DNA from: a virus
Length of the DNA stretch: 62,375 bases
Virus record (IMG/VR): IMGVR_UViG_3300042695_000799
Reading direction: 5' to 3' (one strand)
Position numbers and translations under genes: made by a program. Under the pieces are notes generated by a model. That model was not told the origin of the DNA and ran no database searches. It saw nothing but the letters and a program-made list of their open reading frames with translations. How positions within the stretch are numbered: the stretch's first letter is position 1; each line of letters begins with the position of its first letter. Shown here piece after piece: positions 17,631-27,500 of the stretch.

Positions 17631-18801
17631 GCAACGGGTTTTGCTCGTCAAAACCGAAGGCGCAAACTACGGCATTGACTCGTCCCCGACTGGCGCCAAT
17701 GCGCTGATGATCAACGACGATCTTCAGCTTTCCCCCTTGTCTGGAGCAACTGTCCAGCGCCGCATTCTTCGGCCTTATCGCGGCGCGTATGAATCGGCAA
17801 TCGTAAATACTCAAGTTGGCATTACTTTTTCTGTAGAACTTGCTGGCTCCGGCGCTGCTGGCACCGCACCTGGCCTCGCTGACGTACTTCGTGCTTGCGC
17901 AACCGCTCAGACTGTTACGCCAACACCACTGACCGGCATTGCAACCGCAGGCGCTGCCAACAGTATTACTCTTGCCGCAGGCACTAGCGCAGTAAATGAT
18001 TTCTACTGCGGGCAAATCATTTCAATCTCCAGTGGAACAGGTAGCGGTCACTCCGGGCTGATCATTGCCTATAACGGCACCAGCAAAGTTGCCACTGTTG
18101 CGCCCATCTCGGCAACGTTTGTCCCTGGCGCATCCAGTCAGTACACCATTGCCGCAAACGTTTCGTATCGGCCGGTCACTGTTACCGATGGCGTCTCCGA
18201 CACGTCTGCAACATTTACCTACAACATTGACGGCGTTCAACACAAGCTCTTGGGTTGTCGAGGCACGGCAACCTTGAACATGGCCCTTGGTGAGTTTGGC
18301 GCAATAAACTTTACGATGACGGGTATTTACACCACTCCAACCGATACGGCACAGTCCACATATACGATTGCCTACGCTAACCAGGAGGTTCCGCTTGTTT
18401 ACCGAGCCGACAACGTTCGCGCTACTCGATTCTTTGGTTACGCTGGTTGCTTCCAAAGCATCAGCCTTGATTTTGGCAATACCGTCAACTACCGCGAGTT
18501 GATTGGTTGCACCAAGCAAGTTGGGATACCCGATGGACAGTCAAGTGGGACCGTGATGATGGAGGCAACCTCTATCGCCAACTTTGACCCGTTCACCGCT
18601 GCACTGTCTGATGGCACGTATGGCCCATTGAGCAGTGTGATCCACGGTCCCGCCGGCAACCGCGTTTCGCTGGTAGTCCCTCGCTGCGACCTTGGCCAAC
18701 CCAGTTACACCCCAGTAGACGGCTACGAAATGCTCAACCTGCCCTACACGGCGATTCCAAGTCTTGCTGGTAACGACGACTTTTACCTTGTTTATAGCTA
18801 G
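17614..18801 (+). CDS. putative major tail protein (tube or sheath-like, 395 aa)
   Basis: Size and position two genes upstream of the chaperone/tape-measure genes. Confidence 0.4.
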   Translation: MPLRSKQRVLLVKTEGANYGIDSSPTGANALMINDDLQLSPLSGATVQRRILRPYRGAYESAIVNTQVGITFSVELAGSGAAGTAPGLADVLRACATAQTVTPTPLTGIATAGAANSITLAAGTSAVNDFYCGQIISISSGTGSGHSGLIIAYNGTSKVATVAPISATFVPGASSQYTIAANVSYRPVTVTDGVSDTSATFTYNIDGVQHKLLGCRGTATLNMALGEFGAINFTMTGIYTTPTDTAQSTYTIAYANQEVPLVYRADNVRATRFFGYAGCFQSISLDFGNTVNYRELIGCTKQVGIPDGQSSGTVMMEATSIANFDPFTAALSDGTYGPLSSVIHGPAGNRVSLVVPRCDLGQPSYTPVDGYEMLNLPYTAIPSLAGNDDFYLVYS

Positions 18802-19244
18802 TGGCCGATTCAATCCGCGAGACAATCCTGAAAACAATTAGCTCGCGGGTTGCAACGGCTGAGGGCATTGTTGGGTCAGATCGCAGCCGCACGGAGATGT
18901 TGCAGCAAGGGGAATTGCCTCGGAGTATTGTTCAACCTTTAACTGAGACACCAACGCAAAATATATCAGCTTGCAAAATAGATAAAAAGCTGCTTGTTGC
19001 AATACTGGTTTGTGTTCATGCTGAAATATCTGACGAAACGGCTGATCCAATCATAACAAGCATACACAAAAAGTTAATGCCAACCGTCAATGGGTTTGTT
19101 GATACGACCCTTGGCGGGCTACCTGGCGTTCAAGACATTAGGGAGGCAGGCATTAACTTCAAGCCGGATGCTGTGGACGGCATCGCGGCAATGACCTATG
19201 AGGTGACATTCCGCCACTCCATAGGCGACCCAACTGTGCTATAA
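18801..19244 (+). CDS. putative tail protein (147 aa; tube or tail-completion)
   Basis: taGTG junction with the upstream gene; position before the chaperones. Confidence 0.35.
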   Translation: MADSIRETILKTISSRVATAEGIVGSDRSRTEMLQQGELPRSIVQPLTETPTQNISACKIDKKLLVAILVCVHAEISDETADPIITSIHKKLMPTVNGFVDTTLGGLPGVQDIREAGINFKPDAVDGIAAMTYEVTFRHSIGDPTVL

Positions 19245-19245
19245 T

Positions 19246-19578
19246 TTGCAAGCAACGCTCACCCTGCTCTCAATGTTTAAGAAGCAAACTGGCGGCTCTT
19301 ATTGGTGGCCTGGTGTAATCAGAACCCCAAGTGAAGCCACTGAAGGCGAGTTTGACGAAGCGCAGGTCAAGCTGAAAATCAAGCGCATTGGCTTCAAGCA
19401 AAGCCAAGCGTATTCCGATGACAAAGAACTTCTCAAGAATGTCATCCTCGGCTGGTCTGAGATTGAGGAAGATTTTAGCCCTGAAAAACTGGAAGAGTAC
19501 CTTGACGATCAGTTTATTGGGGCCTCGTTTGGCCGCATCTATTTCGATGCGCTGCAAAAAGCCAGAACGGGAAACTAA
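19246..19578 (+). CDS. Tail assembly chaperone (lambda gpG analogue)
   Basis: Position immediately before the tape measure; ends at the slippery site; alternative ATG start at 19273. Confidence 0.65.
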   Translation: MQATLTLLSMFKKQTGGSYWWPGVIRTPSEATEGEFDEAQVKLKIKRIGFKQSQAYSDDKELLKNVILGWSEIEEDFSPEKLEEYLDDQFIGASFGRIYFDALQKARTGN

Positions 19579-19919
19579 CGGACTTCGTTGAGCTTTGCCT
19601 TTCCGGCGGCGGCAAGAGCGACGGGCTCAGCGAAGATATGAAGGTGCTGGGTATAAGCAAGATTGTTTTACCTAAATCCGCTGATGCCGAACCTCAGGGG
19701 CCGCTAGAGGTGTGGGATGATTGCTGGGAATCAGCAATGATGTTCCTACGCCTCGGTCCTGCCGACTGGGTTTACGCAGGCATGGGGTCTTGTGTTGGCA
19801 TCAACAAGCAAACACTGCAATGGTACATGGAGGTATTTGCAGCGGAGAATAAGCGCGAAATGCTTGAAGATCTTCAGGTCATGGAGCGCCATGCTGTAAA
19901 GCTAATGAATAAATCTTGA
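19246..19919 (+). CDS. Tail assembly chaperone -1 frameshift fusion (gpGT analogue), join 19246..19575,19575..19919
   Basis: The -1 frame is continuous with ORF 19638..19919, which ends 14 nt before the tape measure. Confidence 0.6.
19569..19575 (+). other. Programmed -1 ribosomal frameshift heptamer G GGA AAC
   Basis: Zero-frame codons GGA AAC then TAA (19576-19578); I translated the -1 frame from 19569 to the ATG at 19638 and found no stop. Confidence 0.65.
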
Positions 19920-19932
19920 TTAGAATGGGGCC

Positions 19933-22900
19933 ATGACCTCTAATCGCACGGTCAAGTTTGAGTTTCAGGTTGAAGCTGACGACAGGCAGCTTGGCCGGTT
20001 TCGTGATGCGCTAGGCAAAATAAACTCGGCAACAGCGGTAAGCGAAAGTGTTCTCAGTGGCCTAAGGAAAGAGCTTGTTGCACTTTCTCAGACTACTGTT
20101 CAAACGGAAAACGGTCTGCAAGCTCAGATTGCTGCTTTGCGGGATGCGAGCAGAAACGCAGACTTGACCAAGAGTGAGTACACGTCGCTACGGCTTGAGG
20201 TCAGCAAACTTGAAAAAGAATACAAACTTTTAACAACCAACATTGTTGGCCTTGATAAGACTTACAAGGTTGCAACTCAGAGTGCCAGGCAATTCTCCCA
20301 AGAACAAATAGCCGCCGCCCAACGCACAAACAATTTCTATCTCAACAATTCCGGTCAGCGTTCCGCCGATGCGGCCAATCGCGCTCAATTCTTAGCTGGA
20401 ACTTCCGGCGCTGCAAACATATTCCCAGTTGACCCAACAAGTCAATTAGGTTTTCAGCAACGCATTGCAAATCTAAGACAAGAGGCAACTCTCGTTGGCA
20501 TGGGAACAGATGCCTACAAAGAGCGTGCGCTTGCAATTAACAAACTTGAACAAGAGTACGAACAACTTGCGCGAGTCGAGGATCAGTCAACTATTGATCG
20601 CCGAAGCCGCGCTAGCCGCAGGCAGCGAATCCGCGAAATAGGCAACGTCGCCAGCAACGTCGCCATCGGCGGCTTCTTTGGTGGCCCCGAGGGCTTGGCC
20701 GGATCAGCCGCAGGCGCCCTTGCTGGCTCTTTTTTTGGCCCTGGAGGTATGGTCGCAGGCGCCCAGCTAGGTGCCTCCGTTGGCCTTGCCGCTCAGCAGG
20801 CACGCATACAAGCAACCGCCGTAGCCGATATGGTTGCGCAGTTGAACCTTGCAAAAACAGCCCTTGCTCAAGTTTCGGCTAATCAGGCAGACTACAATCA
20901 AAAACTTGAGTTTTCTCGTCAAGTCTCAACCGACTACAGCGTTGGACTGCAGGCCACAATTGAGGGATACTCTAAGGTCACAGCCGCTGCCGCTGCTAAT
21001 GGTTTAACGCTGAAAGAAACTGAAACAATCTACAAGGGCTTACTTGCTTCCGGTGTTGCATTTGGTGCATCGCAAGACGATTTGCAGTCAATTATTACGG
21101 CGACTACGCAGATTTTATCAAAGGGCAAACTGTCTGCAGAAGAGGTTTCCGGCCAACTTGGCGAGCGCATCCCCGGCGCAGTCGCAAAATTAGCTCAAGT
21201 GACCGGCAGATCACTAAAGCAACTGGCTGATGATTTCCAAAATGGCAAAGTAAACATTGCTGACTTTGTTAAGTTTGCAGAAGGGCAGCTCAATAATTAC
21301 GATAAAGCCGCTAAACTGATTGGTTCTTCGCCGGAAAAAGCTGGCGAAAGGCTGAATCTTGCGTTGACACGCATGGCGGAATCTTACGGCGGATTCTTTC
21401 AATCGGTTGGAGCTGGTTTTCAAGATTTTGCGACAAGATTTATCAATTGGATCAACTCTCAGTCGCAGGGCATTAAAACTATGGTTGGCCTGCTCAATTG
21501 GGCTGGCCGCGAAGTTTACAAGTTTCAAACAAATACACCCGCAGTTAGAGCGTTCCAAAGCCTAGGCTCGCAGCTTTCCGGGTCACACCAAGCTCGCCCA
21601 CCTGCGGGGTTTGTGCGAAATCCTGCTGATCCATACGGTATAAGTACGACGCCATTCATCCAGGCACCTGTCTTCGGCAGAGCGCCCAAGGCGCCGAAAA
21701 GCAACTTCTTTGCTGATAGACTCCGTGAAGGCGAGCGGCTGTTTCCAGACCTTAAGTCAACCCTATTCAATCAAAGCACTTCTACCCCTGCCCTTGGCGA
21801 TTTAACCGCCGCCGACGACAAAGCTAGCAAAGCCGCCGACACCGCAGCCAGGAAAGCGCAAGCCGAAGCCGACAGGGCAACTCAGTTACAAGAAAAACTT
21901 GATTCTGAACAGCGCCGCCGCGATGAGCTGCTGGCCAACAACGCAATTCGGCTTGCGGATCAAGTTTTCCAGCACAGAATGGATTTGCTGCGTCAAGAAT
22001 ATGACTTAAAGCAGCAATTAGTCGAGGCAACTCGCTCAGCGGAAGAAGCTGGCATGACCGGCGTTGCCCGCAATATGCAGGGCACAATCAATCAAATTCT
22101 TAGCCTTTATGATCGCCTAAAGCAAGGCAGACTTAATGATGCGCTTGACCTTAAGTTGGCTGATCAGCGGATTACGACCGAGCGTAAGAGTGCTGAAAAT
22201 ACTGCAAGGTATCGGGAGGTTCCGCAGTCGGCGGTGGGAATGCGGGGTGGTAGCGCGTTTTCCGGCGGAGCTACAACCCGCTGGATCCGAGACAAGGATG
22301 CGGAGCAAAGCGGCTATGACGTTGTATTACCTGGTGGCGTTGGTGGCCGTGTCCCGAACCCCGTCAGCGGGCTCAAGGTTACCGGCAAAGGCTTTCAAGG
22401 TAGCGGCAGAGGTGCCACGGGGCGCGGGTACGGCAGCTATGTGTCTGGTGAATTTGTAGGCATTGACGGCAAAAGGTATGAAATGCTACTGGGACACTTT
22501 GATAAAATTGAAGTCGAAGTTGGTGACATTTTATCTAAGGGGCAAACCATCGGAAGACAGGGTGAAACTGGCCGCACTTTTGGCACTCATGTAACCTCGC
22601 ATGTGAACGCTCTTGACGGTGGCGACGCTTGGAACGCATTGCGCAGGGACGTAGTTCAGCCATGGGTAAGTGGATGGGGTGGCACCAAAGCAACCCCAGG
22701 CTCCACCCAAGCCCGCACCCAACCCGGCGCAGCTCAAGGCATCAACCGCAACATCGTTGACACCGGCAACACCGATATTGCCACTGCGGATAAAGCGGCA
22801 TTAGTTGCCAAACAAAAGCAAAACGCGCAATACTTGCTTCAGACTGCAGAGAAGCAAGCTGAAGCCTTAATCGAAAACACTACAACCTCGTACCGCGATC

Positions 22901-24096
22901 AAACGCAAGCACTGCAAGATCAGCTACAGGAGTTCCGCGAGCGCAATCGCTTGCAAATGGAAGGCGTCAAGCCGGAAATCATTGATCAGCAAATGCAGCT
23001 TAGCAAGCTCACCCGCGATTATGCGAGGGAAAGTGAAGCCTTAAGCAGTGCGTTAAAAGGTATTGGCGAACGAAACAAGGACAATGCTAGCCTGTTTGAC
23101 ACTTTCACAGGCGGCTTGGGGAAGCTAAAGGCTGCCTACGACGAAAATCGTCAAGCACTAGAAGCCCTAAGCAAAGCCCAAAACGACGAACGCAACATCT
23201 TCAGCTTTGACAAAAGCGCCAAGGCCGGAATCGACGGTTACATTGAATCCATCGGCACCCTAAACAACGCCACGTCAAACTTGGTGCAAAGCGGTTTTAA
23301 TGGAATCAGCACAGCCCTCAAAGAACTCCAGTCAACTGGATCAACCGATTTCAGGAAATTTGCGCTTAGCCTTATTTCGGACATGCAGGATATTATCACT
23401 CAGCAATTTATTGTTGCTAATTTAGCAAAACTGCTTCGCGGCCTTTTTGGCGGCGGCGGATTCTCGTTTAGCGGCGCCAGCCCTGTTGGGTTTCCCGGTG
23501 GCGGCGGTGTTGACTTTGCCGGGGCCATGAACATGCCCGCGCTCGCGTTCGCCAACGGCGGCGTGATGACCTCCAACGGCCCCCTCAAGCTGCAGACCTA
23601 CGCCCGTGGCGGGATCGCCGACAGGCCCCAGCTAGCCTTTTTTGGCGAGGGCTCAAAGCCCGAAGCGTTCGTCCCCCTGCCTGACGGCAGGCGCATCCCG
23701 GTGGCGCTCTCCTATCCTGCTATCCCAGGCACCCCTGGCGGCAGCGGTGGCGATGGCGCCGAAAGTGGCCCAGGCGGCGCAACAAGCAACAGATTTGAGC
23801 GCACCGACACAATAATTAACAATGCCGGTAAATTTGAGCGCACCGATTCCATGGTTACCCGCATGATTGAGTCGGCGCGACAGGAATCAGCAGACAACGC
23901 CACTGCTGCTGCGATTGCCGCCAGTGGCGGCGGCGTCGTCAAGGTGCAAGTAGAATCAACTGTAGTTAATAGCATTGAAACCGTAACAATGGATCAGGTT
24001 CAACGTGTTGCCGACGCAGCTTCCGCACGTTCCACCGCACGCCATGACGCGGCAATGCGCAACAATCCCGCAGAGCGCAGGAGAAGGGGATTCTGA
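19933..24096 (+). CDS. Tape measure protein with an internal M23-like peptidase segment
   Basis: 1387 aa, coiled-coil/Ala-Gln-rich, Gly-rich hydrophobic patches; LLGHFDKIEVEVGDILSKGQTIGRQGETGRTFGTHVTSHV resembles the M23 core. Confidence 0.8.
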   Translation: MTSNRTVKFEFQVEADDRQLGRFRDALGKINSATAVSESVLSGLRKELVALSQTTVQTENGLQAQIAALRDASRNADLTKSEYTSLRLEVSKLEKEYKLLTTNIVGLDKTYKVATQSARQFSQEQIAAAQRTNNFYLNNSGQRSADAANRAQFLAGTSGAANIFPVDPTSQLGFQQRIANLRQEATLVGMGTDAYKERALAINKLEQEYEQLARVEDQSTIDRRSRASRRQRIREIGNVASNVAIGGFFGGPEGLAGSAAGALAGSFFGPGGMVAGAQLGASVGLAAQQARIQATAVADMVAQLNLAKTALAQVSANQADYNQKLEFSRQVSTDYSVGLQATIEGYSKVTAAAAANGLTLKETETIYKGLLASGVAFGASQDDLQSIITATTQILSKGKLSAEEVSGQLGERIPGAVAKLAQVTGRSLKQLADDFQNGKVNIADFVKFAEGQLNNYDKAAKLIGSSPEKAGERLNLALTRMAESYGGFFQSVGAGFQDFATRFINWINSQSQGIKTMVGLLNWAGREVYKFQTNTPAVRAFQSLGSQLSGSHQARPPAGFVRNPADPYGISTTPFIQAPVFGRAPKAPKSNFFADRLREGERLFPDLKSTLFNQSTSTPALGDLTAADDKASKAADTAARKAQAEADRATQLQEKLDSEQRRRDELLANNAIRLADQVFQHRMDLLRQEYDLKQQLVEATRSAEEAGMTGVARNMQGTINQILSLYDRLKQGRLNDALDLKLADQRITTERKSAENTARYREVPQSAVGMRGGSAFSGGATTRWIRDKDAEQSGYDVVLPGGVGGRVPNPVSGLKVTGKGFQGSGRGATGRGYGSYVSGEFVGIDGKRYEMLLGHFDKIEVEVGDILSKGQTIGRQGETGRTFGTHVTSHVNALDGGDAWNALRRDVVQPWVSGWGGTKATPGSTQARTQPGAAQGINRNIVDTGNTDIATADKAALVAKQKQNAQYLLQTAEKQAEALIENTTTSYRDQTQALQDQLQEFRERNRLQMEGVKPEIIDQQMQLSKLTRDYARESEALSSALKGIGERNKDNASLFDTFTGGLGKLKAAYDENRQALEALSKAQNDERNIFSFDKSAKAGIDGYIESIGTLNNATSNLVQSGFNGISTALKELQSTGSTDFRKFALSLISDMQDIITQQFIVANLAKLLRGLFGGGGFSFSGASPVGFPGGGGVDFAGAMNMPALAFANGGVMTSNGPLKLQTYARGGIADRPQLAFFGEGSKPEAFVPLPDGRRIPVALSYPAIPGTPGGSGGDGAESGPGGATSNRFERTDTIINNAGKFERTDSMVTRMIESARQESADNATAAAIAASGGGVVKVQVESTVVNSIETVTMDQVQRVADAASARSTARHDAAMRNNPAERRRRGF

Positions 24097-24575
24097 TGGC
24101 GACCGAAACAGAGTACGCAGTAGTTATTTACCTTCAGTTTGTTACGCGAGAGGGCGCGCCGACTGGCTATGCTTTTCAGCAGTTTTACCCCGGCCAGGCG
24201 CGAACTTATGACGGGGCGAGCTACTTCTATAAAGATTTTCAGTATTCAGGCCCTATGAGAGAATCCGGCTTTGCCAATGCGGAAGCGTTTCTTGTTTTTA
24301 ACGCAGAAACTCTTACCCTAAACGTTTGGAAGCAGGCTTGCGACGATTTGTGGGTTGCCAAAATTCGCACAGTTTGGCTAGACTTAGAAACACTAGAAGA
24401 AACCAGCGTGACCACGCTTCAGGTCTATTCCGTGCAAACATACCAAAACGATGGGCAAGTTGTTACACTGACGGTAGGCTCCCCCCTGGACGCTATTGGC
24501 GCCGACTTTCCGGCGCGAGTATTGACGACCGCCTTGGTAGGCAACCTGCCTCCATCGGCAGATATGAGGTTCTAA
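24096..24575 (+). CDS. minor/distal tail protein
   Basis: TGATG junction after the tape measure; taATG junction to the next gene. Confidence 0.5.
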   Translation: MATETEYAVVIYLQFVTREGAPTGYAFQQFYPGQARTYDGASYFYKDFQYSGPMRESGFANAEAFLVFNAETLTLNVWKQACDDLWVAKIRTVWLDLETLEETSVTTLQVYSVQTYQNDGQVVTLTVGSPLDAIGADFPARVLTTALVGNLPPSADMRF

Positions 24576-27500
24576 TGCTTGGCAAACGACGCCAACGCCC
24601 ACTACTGCTAATTGATCAGCAGATCATGGAAGCACTGGGCCTCAGTGAGGCCCAGTATCGGCAGTACGAGGCCGAAGCCGCAAGAATGAGCCGCACCAGG
24701 CCATTGTCCGGCCCGGTGGCGCTTGATCCGGTGACGATGATCTTGATAAACCTGGCGATCAGCGCGGCCCTGTCCGCCGCCACTTACCTGTTGACTCCAC
24801 GGCTGAAACGCGGCAGTGGCCCACCAAATGCACGCCAAGAAATTGATCAGCGCGGCGCCGATCTGGTGTCCCGCACCGAGTTCACGGCTCGCAGCGGTAT
24901 CAGCTCCAGCCAGAATACCGCCAATATCGGCAGCACGATCCCAGTTGTCTGGGCCAAGCGTGAAGTGATTGATGGAGTTACCTACGGCGGTGTGCGCGTA
25001 AATTGCACGCTGCTTTGGAGCCAAATGCTCAGCCTCGGCGGCAGTCAAATGCTGAGAGCAATCTATATGGTTGGCGAAGCTCCGATCGCCGGCATTGATC
25101 CAAGCCAGATCGCGTTTGGCGAAAACCTGCTTAGCTCTTTTGATCCCGCCTACGACTCCGAAAGCAGCGCCCGAACTACTATTTATCACCGACCTGGCGG
25201 CGGGCGGATCCGTGCATCCGATCGCGCCGCCGGCCGCCTAGCAGCCAACGACCCAGGCAATGCCGAAGCAAACGGTGGCGCAGACGTTTTTCAAGTGCGG
25301 GGGTTAAACAATGAATGGGCTTCCGCGACATCTTATTGCTACTCGCCAACCGGGCAAACCACGTTTGGCGTTTATTCGCCAATTGGCAACGGGCTTGCTT
25401 ATCGCGTTAGTCCAGTATTGAGGCCAGCGACAAACTTTAACACAGTCCCAGCGCCAAGGGGCTACCCTGATCACGTTAAGATTCAGTGCTCGCCAGATAA
25501 CTCTGCCCTAGTTCAGCGGCAGAAAAACAACAGTATCAATCAAAGCCGTGGCGGCCTAACGGCGCATCGCCGCAATGGCTCTGCAATCACCAGTAACGAA
25601 CTGCTAGTAGGCGACGAAGTTGACTATACGCTAGACAGCGGAACCTCCGCGGCCGAGTCGTTTGCGAGTGGCAATTACTCCGAATTAAAAAGTGATATTG
25701 CTGCGGCGGTGGGAGGTCGCCAGCGTCAATGGGATGGCGCGATTGCCGTGGGCGATGTTTACCGCATTGGCTCGGCATTGGCAGTGTGCAAGTCAAGGTC
25801 GCCATCTGATGACGTTTTCCGCAGTAGCGTTGAAAGCCAGCCGATTGGCGGCGGCGTTTCTGTCACTGCTACATTTCAGGTCACATCGGCTGGCGTCGCG
25901 GACTTTCCTGGCACAAGTGGTACTCGGGCCGGAACGGCGGCGCCGCATATCCTGAGATACGCCAGTGCCACGATAGCAATTGCGCAGCCGGCGCAAGTGA
26001 TTGAGGTCAACGGAAAATCTTCCGTAGGGATCAGAGTGGCAGGTTTTTGCAATATCCAGGATGCGCCTAACTATCACAGGATTGACTTGAATGCGTGCCT
26101 GATTTGGGACACGATGTTACTGCAGCAAAATGAACTACCGCAGACAACGGTATTTCAAAATGGCTCTACCACGCTACCGGAAACCCGCTACACATTTTGG
26201 CGATTCCGTTACCGCATTACTGGCAGCGGCTCGCAGTGGTCGCAGTTCCCGCAGTTGTTTGGGGTTTCCGGTAGCACGCAGCAAGCGCAATTCTGGTGGA
26301 ACCGTATTGAGTTTCCGTCCCGTCAGCGCTGGGAGTTCAGTTATTTACCTGTGAGTGGCTGGGAGGTTCGCAGCGGTGTTGCATCTGGCGATTTGGTTGT
26401 TATTGACGCACGCCTGTCATCGGTGCTCACATTCAGCGATGGCGCAGCAGTCATCCGACTCCCTGGCACCATGGTAGCTCGGCAACAGAGTGAGTTTCAA
26501 ATGCCTTGCACGATTTCGGTTGCTGGAGACATTGGCATTCCTTATGTAGATGGCAGCAACATTGTAGATGGTTGGGCGCGGCTAGCCGAGCAGTTTCCTT
26601 ATGAAGAGTTTGTGGCAAGTTGCAGCGCCCCAGAGCACGAAATAACGCATATTAACGTGATTGACGTAGCGGCGACTCCGCCCTCCTACGACAATATCTG
26701 CCTGCTTGGTGCTTGCGTTCGCGGTGCGTCACAGCAAACAACAACTCTAGGTCAGCTTAGCGCTTTTGTTGATTCCGCGATTGACAGCTCTCATTCGTTC
26801 CCAGGTTTATTGGCTAAAGCACTGCTAAATGATCGCTATGGAGTTGGCGCCATGTTTAGCCCGCTTCAGGTAGACACAGCCTCGTTTGACTCCGCCGCCG
26901 CATGGTGCAGAGAGAGAGGATATTTCTGGGATGGGGCGCTCCCCGAGCCTGTCAACATTAGGCAGTGGGGTAACGATACGGCAGCGCTTTTCTTGCTTGA
27001 TCTGGTGCCCCGTAATGGCGTTTGCTACCTAGAGCCGGCGATCCTTTTTGACGAAGAGGAGGCGGTAGGTGAAAGCGATCTCGTCAATATGGGAACCATA
27101 GTTCCCGGTTCTTTTGGTGAGACTTATTTTCCGCAGCAGGAACGTCAGCCAATTCGGGTGTCGGTGCGCTGGCGGGAACAGCGCCAAGCCGAGGGTGACG
27201 GCAGTAACCGGGGCATGTTTCCCGTAATCCGAGAGGTCACCGTACGAGAGGCCGGAACCCTGGCTAATGCGCCACTTGAAACGATTGACATGAGCGAATT
27301 TTCTACATCGGAAATCCATGCAATTGATGTAGCAAAGTCAAAGTGCAGGCTAAAGCGTCTTTGCACGCATCAAGTTAGGTACGCAGTCATTCCTCAACGC
27401 GCCAATTTTTCTCCGGCTAGATGTTTTCGGCTTGCCGCTGAAACAGTCTCATACGTCTCCCCTTGCAATGGTGCCATCCTGGATGATGGCACAATTATCA

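Noticed and set aside
24326-24574. N-terminal 83-codon extension of the tail-tip protein given in the ORF track
   Set aside because: The extension lies wholly inside the 24096..24575 gene in another frame. ATG 24575 gives the taATG coupling used throughout this block.
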